From: Armatimonadota bacterium
GTDB lineage: Bacteria > Armatimonadota > UBA5829 > DTLH01
NCBI GenBank assembly: GCA_038207085.1
Contig: JBBRAE010000008.1
Location: 32,001-96,000 of the forward strand
Length of the DNA: 64,000 nucleotides
Direction of reading: 5' to 3'
Notes under the pieces: generated by a model
Databases searched by the model: none
What the model saw: only the letters and a program-made list of their open reading frames with translations
What the model was told of the DNA's origin: nothing
Position numbers and translations under genes: made by a program
Shown: positions 56,759 through 64,000 of the stretch, piece by piece
Numbering within the stretch: the first letter of the stretch is position 1
How the letters are laid out: each line of letters opens with the position of its first letter

Positions 56759-56835
56759 CCCGCTTTATTCGTGAAGCGAATAAAGCTTTCGCTAACAGAG
56801 CATTATTCACGCTACTCGTGAATAATGCAGGTTAG
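56755..56835. repeat. YTAR-flanked palindromic repeat, B+A doublet, filling the gap between two convergent stop codons
   Basis: TTAG-CCCGCTTTATTCGTGAAGCGAATAAAGCTTTCG-CTAA-CAGAGCATTATTCACGCTACTCGTGAATAATGCAGG-TTAG. Confidence 0.9.
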
Positions 56836-56837
56836 CC

Positions 56838-59800
56838 CTATTCCATCCGAATGTCCGAGCTTGTGCATGGTTTCACGACCCGCACGACCGGGCCACCCAT
56901 CGAGCGGATGCAGGAACTGATCCCCTTCACTGTGACATAGTTACCGATGGCGTAGCTTCGGCCGTCGAAGGCGATTCGCACTCCGAGGGGGTAGGGGGTG
57001 CGCTGCGAGGTTCCGTCGTACAGCCCCGAGCCGTCATCGATGTAGAAATACGCGCCGGCTGGGTCGATGCAGGTGATCTTGCCCCAGACCCGCACGAGCA
57101 GGCCGAGGTTGTTCCTTCCTATGGACTGGTTCCATCTCCATACTCCCACGGTGTCAACGCTCTCAGCAGCGTCCCACACGCCTTCCTGAAGGCCGAGTGG
57201 GCCGCCGCCAAGCGCGTAGTTTGTCATACCCAGTGGAGCCGGGACGGGTGCGACAGCGGCGAGGTCGGGCCACTGTCCTGTGGGCTCGATATAGCGCTCG
57301 CCTGTCGTGCTGTCGGTCTTGATCGCCCCCGAGAGGTTGATCACCTGCCCAAGAGCGAACGCCTCCGACGTATCTATTCTCGTACCTCCCGATCTGTCGG
57401 CAAACTCCGCGTAGAGCATGGATGGGAACGCGGCAGTCACTACGAGGTCCCCCACGCTCACACTCGTCCCATCAGAAAGCGATCGTTTGGCAGAAGAAAG
57501 CGCCAGCGGACGCTCGTAGGCGCCTATATCGGGAAGCGCCGTCCCGTCGCCGTCGCCGTCCTGCGGGCGGATCGACCCCGCAATGTCTTTGGCGGGCGCA
57601 TCGGCAGGGGCAGCCGTGTCTACACAGGGAGAGGTGAACATCGGCTGATAATCCGCCGCCGCAAGAGCCGGGTCACTTGTCACGTCGCCGCTTGATGACA
57701 GCCCGGAGTAATCGTAAGCGCCGTTTGACCCGACGCAGTTGCTGCGGGCAGTCGGGCTGCCGGATATCTTGAACACACCAGGTGAGTTGTAGGCGACGAC
57801 GTTGTTGGCAATGATGGGCGATGAGTTCATTATGTAGATTGCGCCACCGTCGGTTGAGGTGCTGTTGTAGACTATAGTGTTGTTTCTGATCGAAGGCGCG
57901 CCCGATGAACAGCGGATGCCTCCACCGGTTGAAGCGCTGTTGCTTGAGATGATATTGTTCACGATCACCGCGTTTGAGCCATAGCAATAGATGCCCCCGC
58001 CAGTCGTCGTCGCGCCGTTTCCAATGATGATGTTACCTGAGATAGTCGGAGAGCTTGTATAAATATAGAAGCCACCGCCGTTTGTCGCAAGCCCGCCGGT
58101 AACGGTGAACCCATCGATTACGGTGGTCTGAGTCGCGCCGGACTGAACGGTTATGGTCGACCCCCCGCTGCTTCCGTTTAGCGTCGTCTTGTTGACCCTG
58201 GCGTTGCGTTCTTCCCTGACTCCCTCGCGAGCCGCAAACCCTCCGTAAATCGCTGTGCCCGACTTTATCGTGATGCGCTCAGCGTAATCGCCAGAGGCGA
58301 CCCATATTTCCTTGCCGCTTGTCGAGGCGCTTATCGCCTGGGTGATGGTCTGATAGGCGGTCGTCCAGCCCGACCCGTCGCGAACGGCGTTTTGGTTGGC
58401 TTTGTTGACGTAGATTACGTTTGTTGTAAGCCGAACTTCTAACGTTGAGCTTATCACAGGGCTTGCATTGCCGGAGCTCGAAAACGCCTGGGTCTGGACG
58501 GTGTGTAAGCCTGCGCCGAGCGTCTGCGTTGTGAACGTAAACGACTCGGAGTCCTCGTCAAATGCACCGTCCGCTGAAGCGGCATCACTCCACACCCCAC
58601 CGTCGATACACCACTTCACAGCTGTGATTTTGTTGATAGTCACGTCCGAGCGCAAGGGAGCGACACAGGGGATGTCGGTAGCGGTGCCGTAAATGGTAGG
58701 AGTCGAGTCGTCATTCGGTGTCGTGATGGTGCTGTACGTGCAGCCCACTGTGTTGTCGACGGTGTCGGGGAGCCCGTCGGAGTCGCTGTCCCTCCATCCT
58801 ATCTGCGCCCAGGTATACTGACACAGGTAGTCGTCGTTGGACTTCATCACGCAGGAAACACTCGCGGGGTTGTCCAGTTCGCAGTTGGTGTTTGGAATGT
58901 TAAGATAACCGGCATTTGCCGACGTGCAGCAGGCGTAACCTTGCTGGCAGTATTCGTCGTCTGCGAGGAAGATGTGACCGGTCTCGTGGCTTGTGACCTG
59001 GTTCATTCGCGATATTCCCCAGCCGTCGTTGTCGTAGGTCATGATGACATAGGGACCACCCAGCCACGCGTAGCCGAACCTTCCAGTGGTGAACATGCCG
59101 TCGCTATCGTTCAGGCTGTCGACGACGATGATCGCAAAGCTCCAGTCCGTCGCCATAGTGCTTCTGAGGTTGTTAATATAGCTGCGAGCCCGGGCAAAAG
59201 GTGTGCCTGAGGAGTAACCCATGTTGGCGAAGATGTCTGACACCCACGTGCTCTCATCTTCGTAACCCTGCATGGTGATCGGCTCGTACTGGGTTGGAAC
59301 GCTGAACTTTTTGTCGTAATAGAACGTGAGATGCGCTGCGGCCCCGCCTTTGTTGACCCACCAGTTGAGCCCGGTCACGATCTGGCTGAAGACGGTGTCC
59401 TGCCGTGCCGCCGACCAGTTCTCACCGGACCCGTTTGACTCCGGGATGATGACGCCGACCGCCACTTTGCCGATCATAAACTCGCTGGTCTGAGTGGTTC
59501 CCGGGGCTGCCGCAGCCAGGACCGCTGATGTGCTCATATCAGGCTCCGGCGGGACAAAGGCGTCTCTGACAAGCGGCTGTCCGTCGGGCGCGTCCGTGGC
59601 AGTCTCAGGTTGCAGAAGTGTGTTCCAGATTTTGATGGCGGTTGTCGTGTCCGGGTCTGCTGAGGCGGGAATGGCCACGGTCACTCGGATGATTGCCCTG
59701 ACTTCTGGGAGCTCGTTTGCACCGGCCTCCGCGCTCGTCGGAACGCTTGCGATAATCGCGCCTCCTGGGAGCACGTGCTGGGCTTCAATTCCTAGCGCTC

Positions 59801-59987
59801 GAAGCCTTTCTATGGCGGCTTCGACCCCCGCGGCGTCTTTCTGATTAAGCAGAATGAGCGCCTGGTCCGGTGCTGCCGCGGCATGCGCCGGGGGCGTCGG
59901 AAATATCAGTGTAAGAACAACGAATAACAGACCCATCCATGTCTGAAGAGACGAATGTCCATCCTTGGAAGCATCTTTTCGCCGCAC
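56838..59987 (-). CDS. Secreted zinc metallopeptidase-like protein with Ig-like and parallel beta-helix domains and a C-terminal double OB-like module
   Basis: Signal peptide; 'SHETGHIFLADDEY' (HExxH..DEY); GGG-I beta-helix repeats and 'PDIGAYE'; C-terminal 'PLGMTN..LGG', 'GLLVRVWGKIT', 'FYIDDGSG', 'VTVKGISS'. Confidence 0.8.
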   Translation of the reverse strand: MRRKDASKDGHSSLQTWMGLLFVVLTLIFPTPPAHAAAAPDQALILLNQKDAAGVEAAIERLRALGIEAQHVLPGGAIIASVPTSAEAGANELPEVRAIIRVTVAIPASADPDTTTAIKIWNTLLQPETATDAPDGQPLVRDAFVPPEPDMSTSAVLAAAAPGTTQTSEFMIGKVAVGVIIPESNGSGENWSAARQDTVFSQIVTGLNWWVNKGGAAAHLTFYYDKKFSVPTQYEPITMQGYEDESTWVSDIFANMGYSSGTPFARARSYINNLRSTMATDWSFAIIVVDSLNDSDGMFTTGRFGYAWLGGPYVIMTYDNDGWGISRMNQVTSHETGHIFLADDEYCQQGYACCTSANAGYLNIPNTNCELDNPASVSCVMKSNDDYLCQYTWAQIGWRDSDSDGLPDTVDNTVGCTYSTITTPNDDSTPTIYGTATDIPCVAPLRSDVTINKITAVKWCIDGGVWSDAASADGAFDEDSESFTFTTQTLGAGLHTVQTQAFSSSGNASPVISSTLEVRLTTNVIYVNKANQNAVRDGSGWTTAYQTITQAISASTSGKEIWVASGDYAERITIKSGTAIYGGFAAREGVREERNARVNKTTLNGSSGGSTITVQSGATQTTVIDGFTVTGGLATNGGGFYIYTSSPTISGNIIIGNGATTTGGGIYCYGSNAVIVNNIISSNSASTGGGIRCSSGAPSIRNNTIVYNSTSTDGGAIYIMNSSPIIANNVVAYNSPGVFKISGSPTARSNCVGSNGAYDYSGLSSSGDVTSDPALAAADYQPMFTSPCVDTAAPADAPAKDIAGSIRPQDGDGDGTALPDIGAYERPLALSSAKRSLSDGTSVSVGDLVVTAAFPSMLYAEFADRSGGTRIDTSEAFALGQVINLSGAIKTDSTTGERYIEPTGQWPDLAAVAPVPAPLGMTNYALGGGPLGLQEGVWDAAESVDTVGVWRWNQSIGRNNLGLLVRVWGKITCIDPAGAYFYIDDGSGLYDGTSQRTPYPLGVRIAFDGRSYAIGNYVTVKGISSCIRSMGGPVVRVVKPCTSSDIRME

Positions 59988-60031
59988 GGGAGCCCTCGCT
60001 TTCGAATCGAGGATACTTGCAATTCTGTCGC

Positions 60032-60075
60032 AGTATATCCCCAGCCTGCCTGCTTGTCAAACATAGCAGGCAGGC
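60032..60075 (-). promoter_or_regulatory. Sigma70 promoter with its -35 box in the loop of an inverted repeat
   Basis: Minus strand TTGACA-N17-TATACT; GCCTGCCTGCT-N10-AGCAGGCAGGC at 60044-60075. Confidence 0.7.
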
Positions 60076-60091
60076 GAGAGCTTTACGCACG

Positions 60092-60417
60092 TCAGGCGGC
60101 GTCGGACTGAATCTCGATTACCGATTCCAAGAGGCTCGTGAAACTGGAGTGGTTTGCGTCTGTGCTGCGAGCGGCGATGCTGGCGGCGAGCGCCCGCACG
60201 TCGCAGGCCGCCGGAGTCATAGGGGAAGATGCGACGAACGATTGTCGCTTGCGCACGCAGGAGGCCGCTGGGCGTCGGCGCGTACACATCCGCCGTAGGT
60301 TAGTCGCTTGGACAGAAACTTGCCTGCGATGGAGTCGATGATGCCAAAAACCTGCTCCGCCTGCTCCTGGCTCTGCGCCATATTGACGACTACCCTGATG
60401 TTGGCAATGGAGATTTG
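60092..60417 (-). pseudogene. 3' remnant of an FlhG/FleN (MinD-like ATPase) gene, truncated and frameshifted
   Basis: Frame A reads 'ANIRVVVNMAQSQEQAEQVFGIIDSIAGKFLSKRLTYGGCVRAD'; after a 1-nt shift near 60270, 'AASCVRKRQSFVASSPMTPAACDVRALAASIA'; upstream in-frame TGA and no Walker A. Confidence 0.7.
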
Positions 60418-60505
60418 TCATAGACATAGTATTGCTACCTGTCCAAGAGTATTGTTCTATCAACTGTCGGGGAATTGCCGAGGATTTCGTGCCTGTAATC
60501 AATCA

Positions 60506-60539
60506 AAAAGGCCCGGAGCTCACTACTGCTCCGGGCCTG
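60506..60539 (-). terminator. Terminator of the hydrogenase operon
   Basis: Minus strand CAGGCCCGGAGC-AGTAGTGA-GCTCCGGGCCTTTT. Confidence 0.8.
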
Positions 60540-60550
60540 TGGGTTCTCTT

Positions 60551-62323
60551 TTATGCTTCTTGAGTCTCAGGCAACAGAGGCTCAATCTCAACCACGGGAT
60601 ACCTGCGCCGCTTGGTGTAGTGCGTGTGCAGGAGTTTGTGGGCGAGGTGGCTGTTTGGCTCGCCGAGGAACTCCTCGTAGAGCGCCTTGACGGCCGGATT
60701 CTCGTGGCTCTTGCGGATGACAAGCGCCTCGTCCTCGTCGTAGATGGCCTTCATGCGGGCCTCGCGGATCGCGTCGGTGGTTGGGATCGGCTGTCCGCCT
60801 CCACCAATACACCCGCCGGGGCAGCACATGATCTCGATGAAGTGATAGTCGGCGGTTCCGGCTGCGACCTTGTCCATAAGCTGGCGGGCGTTTGTAAGCC
60901 CGTTTGCAATCGCGACCTTCACGGGGATATCCCCGACCTGTACCGTCGCCTCTTTCACGCCTATCAGCCCTCGAACGTCGGTGAAGTTGACGTTCTCAAG
61001 CGTGTCGCCCGTGACTACTTCATACACCGTCCGAAGCGCGGCTTCCATAACACCGCCGGTCGCTCCGAAGATCACTGCAGCGCCGGTCGATATGCCAAGC
61101 GGCTCGTCGAACTGGTTGTCGGGCAGGTTCGCGAAGTCGACGCCCATCTCGCGGATCATCTTCGCCGCCTCACGGGTCGTCAAGACCGCGTCGATATCAG
61201 GGATGCCGGGGTTCGCCGACATCTCCTCGCGCTCCGCCTCGAACTTCTTCGCCGTACAGGGCATGATCGAGACCACATAGACGTCTTTGGGGTCGACGCC
61301 TTCTTTTTCGGCGTAGTAGGTCTTGGCGAGCGCCCCAAACATCTGCTGCGGACTCTTGCACGTAGACAGATGCGGCAGTAGCTCGGGGTAGAAGTGCTCG
61401 ATATACTTGATCCATCCCGGCGAGCAGGATGTGATCATCGGGAGCGTCCCGCCCTTCTTCAGGCGACCAAGAAGCTCCGTTCCTTCTTCAAGGATCGTCA
61501 GATCCGCGGTGAAGTCGGTGTCGAAGACCTTGGCAAAGCCCATCTGGCGAAGCGCGTTCACCATCTTGCCGGTGACGCGGGTGCCCGCAGGCATGCCGAA
61601 CTCCTCGCCGATCGCCACGCGGACGGCTGGCGCGGTCTGAACTACAACGTGCTTGGTCGGGTCGGCGAGCGCCTTCCAGACGGCTTTGGTCGAGTCCTTC
61701 TCGTAAAGCGCGTTAACCGGGCAGACAGATACGCACTGCCCGCACATCACGCATGCGACATCGTTCAGGTCCTTCTTCATCGCCGGGACGACCGCCGTCT
61801 CGAATCCACGGTCGACCGGGAACAGCGCCCCGACGCCCTGCACCTGCTGGCAGACCGTCACGCAGCGTCTGCACAGGATGCACTTGCTGCTGTCGCGGAC
61901 GATGCTCGGGCTTGAGGTGTCCATGATCTGCTTGGGCATTGCTCCCGCGAAGCGCGATTCGGTGACACCGAGCTGCTTTGCCACCTCCTGAAGCTCGCAG
62001 TTAAGGCTGCGGCCGCAGAAGGTGCATTCCTGGCGGTGCGCTGAGAGCATCAGCTCGACGACAGTTCGCCGGGCCGATCTAACCCGCTGGGTGTTGGTCT
62101 TGACGGCCATTCCGTCGGTCGCGGGGTAGACGCATGAGGCCTGAAGCCCGCGCCCGCCTTCGATCTCAACGAGACAGACCCGGCAAGCGCCCATCGAGTG
62201 CACGCCGTCGAGGTAGCAGAGCGTCGGGATGTTGATCCCCGCGGCCTTTGCCGCCTGCAGCACCGTGCTTCCCGTCGGCACGCTCACCTGTTTTCCATCT
62301 ATAGTAAGGGTAATGTTCTCCAT
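60551..62323 (-). CDS. hydA: Group A [FeFe]-hydrogenase catalytic subunit (HydA/HndD-like)
   Basis: H-cluster motifs 'TSCSPGW', 'MPCTAKKFE', 'EIMCCPGGCIGGGGQP'; N-terminal 2Fe-2S, His-ligated 4Fe-4S and 2x4Fe-4S motifs. Confidence 0.96.
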   Translation of the reverse strand: MENITLTIDGKQVSVPTGSTVLQAAKAAGINIPTLCYLDGVHSMGACRVCLVEIEGGRGLQASCVYPATDGMAVKTNTQRVRSARRTVVELMLSAHRQECTFCGRSLNCELQEVAKQLGVTESRFAGAMPKQIMDTSSPSIVRDSSKCILCRRCVTVCQQVQGVGALFPVDRGFETAVVPAMKKDLNDVACVMCGQCVSVCPVNALYEKDSTKAVWKALADPTKHVVVQTAPAVRVAIGEEFGMPAGTRVTGKMVNALRQMGFAKVFDTDFTADLTILEEGTELLGRLKKGGTLPMITSCSPGWIKYIEHFYPELLPHLSTCKSPQQMFGALAKTYYAEKEGVDPKDVYVVSIMPCTAKKFEAEREEMSANPGIPDIDAVLTTREAAKMIREMGVDFANLPDNQFDEPLGISTGAAVIFGATGGVMEAALRTVYEVVTGDTLENVNFTDVRGLIGVKEATVQVGDIPVKVAIANGLTNARQLMDKVAAGTADYHFIEIMCCPGGCIGGGGQPIPTTDAIREARMKAIYDEDEALVIRKSHENPAVKALYEEFLGEPNSHLAHKLLHTHYTKRRRYPVVEIEPLLPETQEA

Positions 62324-62328
62324 GTATA

Positions 62329-64000
62329 TTACCTCGACTCCTGGTTGCAGGCGTCGCATCGCAGACACCTGTTAGCTTCCCTGATCGCGACATCTCGTTC
62401 GTAGCCTGTCTCGACTTCGGCGAAGCGGTTTCTCTTCTCGACCGAGATACTCGGCATCTCGGCACGCGGTGTCTCGACGATGTCGTCAACGTCTTCGGCG
62501 GGCTGCGGGATCACGATGTCCTCGATATCCGAGGGAATCACCCCGTCGCCTCCAAAGAGCCTGTCGATACCCTGGGCAGCGGTGATACCCGCGCCAATCG
62601 CCTCGATAACGGTCGCAGGCCCCGTAACAACATCACCACCGGCGAATATGCCGTCGGCTGATGTCGCGCCGGTCTGCTTGTCGACCCATATCTTGCCGCG
62701 CTTGGTTTCGATGGTGTTGCCACCGAGGAAGTCTAGCTCCGGCTCTTGGCTGATCGCCGAGATGACGGTGTCGGCAGGGATGTCGATAACTTCGCCCTCG
62801 ATCGCCTTCGGGCTGCGCCTTCCGCTCTTGTCGAACTCTTTTAGCTCAAGGAGCTGGCAGCGAAGCGACTTGGCCTTGCCGCCTTCGGCGACGACTTCGG
62901 TCGGAAGCACGAGGAACCGAACGACGACCCCTTCAAGCTCCGCCTCATGTATCTCGTAAGGGTCAGCGGGCATGTCTTCCCTGAGCCTTCTGTAGGCGAT
63001 GGTGACGTGCTTTGCGCCGAGCCGAAGCGACGTTCTTGCCGCGTCGATTGCAGCGTTTCCGCCGCCGACTACGACGACGTTTTCGCCCACGGGGATGCTC
63101 TCTCCGAGTGCAGCATCGCGCAAGAATTTGATGGAATCATATACACCCTCGGACTCTTCTCCGGGGATTTCAAGGTTCCAGCTCTTGTCTGCGCCGGTTG
63201 CGACATAGACCGCGTCAAAGCCGCTTTTTATCGCATCCATTGTAATCTCTTTGCCGACCCGGGTGTTGCACTTGATCGTAACACCGAGCTCTTCGATGGC
63301 TCTTATCTCTTCGCGAAGCACGGCCTTCGGCAGGCGATACTCGGGGATACCCCAGACGAGCATTCCACCGGCTTCGGGGAGCGCCTCAAATACGGTCGGG
63401 GTGTGGCCCATCCGCGCGAGGTGATACGCGGCGGTGAGGCCCGATGGCCCGCCGCCGATGATCGCGACCTTCTTGCCGGACTTCGTGCCGCGCGTCTTAA
63501 CCGGCGGCATCTTGGTGTCTTTCATCTCAACGTCGGCGACGTATCGCTTCAGGTTTCTGATCGAAAGCGGCTCGTCTATCTGGCTTCTGCGGCACTTATC
63601 TTCACAAGGCGCATTGCAGACCCGACCGCAGACCGCGGGAAACGGGTTGTGGTCGCGCACGATCCTGAGCGCATCGGAGAAGCGCCTGTTCGAGATAAGC
63701 GAGAGATACTTGGGCACACTCGTCCCTGCGGGGCAGGTGTGCGAGCAGGGTGCCTCAAACATCGCGTTGCAGACGCACGCCGGGCACTTCTTGTCCCTGA
63801 TATGCGCTTCGTACTCGTGCCTGAAGTATCGCAGTGTCGAAAGCACGGGGTTCGGAGCAGTCTGACCGAGCCCGCAGAGCGCGGAGTCTTTGATCCGCTC
63901 GCCAAGGTCGATCAGAAGCTCGATATCGCCTTCTTTGCCATCGCCGTGTGCAATTCTGTCCAAGATTTCAAGCATTCTCTTGGTCCCGACGCGGCACGGT
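62329..64000 (-). CDS. NuoF/HydB-type subunit fused to a GltD-like FAD/NADPH oxidoreductase; 5' part lies outside the window
   Basis: NuoF C-terminus 'PCRVGTKRMLEIL...SALCGLGQTAPNPVLSTLRYF..EYEAHI', then GltD 'APCSHTCP', 'CGRVCNAPCE', 'GGGPSG', 'GIPEYRLP', 'GGGNAAID', 'YRR'. Confidence 0.9.
   Translation of the reverse strand, partial: PCRVGTKRMLEILDRIAHGDGKEGDIELLIDLGERIKDSALCGLGQTAPNPVLSTLRYFRHEYEAHIRDKKCPACVCNAMFEAPCSHTCPAGTSVPKYLSLISNRRFSDALRIVRDHNPFPAVCGRVCNAPCEDKCRRSQIDEPLSIRNLKRYVADVEMKDTKMPPVKTRGTKSGKKVAIIGGGPSGLTAAYHLARMGHTPTVFEALPEAGGMLVWGIPEYRLPKAVLREEIRAIEELGVTIKCNTRVGKEITMDAIKSGFDAVYVATGADKSWNLEIPGEESEGVYDSIKFLRDAALGESIPVGENVVVVGGGNAAIDAARTSLRLGAKHVTIAYRRLREDMPADPYEIHEAELEGVVVRFLVLPTEVVAEGGKAKSLRCQLLELKEFDKSGRRSPKAIEGEVIDIPADTVISAISQEPELDFLGGNTIETKRGKIWVDKQTGATSADGIFAGGDVVTGPATVIEAIGAGITAAQGIDRLFGGDGVIPSDIEDIVIPQPAEDVDDIVETPRAEMPSISVEKRNRFAEVETGYERDVAIREANRCLRCDACNQESR

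Overview
GC-rich bacterial chromosomal window, probably from an anaerobic Armatimonadota-like organism (inferred from the C-terminal module of the secreted protein at 56838-59987, giant TPR proteins and secreted CBM9-like/GH-like paralogues). No integrase, transposase, phage or CRISPR genes were seen. Housekeeping genes: rqcH, yebC, hrcA-grpE, cca, two tatA-like genes, sugar-nucleotide genes, tRNA-Pro(GGG) and tRNA-Leu(GAG). Metabolic genes: Rh50-type ammonium channel, formate/nitrite channel, a frameshifted glycyl-radical enzyme, and an [FeFe]-hydrogenase with a NuoF-GltD fusion partner. Signalling genes: a multi-GAF kinase with an HTH-less sigma54 activator, a PAS-PP2C phosphatase, an orphan anti-sigma factor and an orphan OmpR regulator. 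The most unusual signals are: (1) a two-type family of ~33-36 bp palindromes bounded by YTAR, found at six loci, four of them on TAG stop codons, with compensatory substitutions; (2) a separately promoted translin(Trax/C3PO-like)-cca bicistron; (3) several unannotated structured RNA candidates (33.7 kb orphan rod-like RNA, 30.0-30.2 kb leader, hrcA-grpE stem, FNT SD-sequestering repeat); (4) sigma54-like promoters that an HTH-less activator could serve. All family assignments come from motif recognition by eye, not from database searches.
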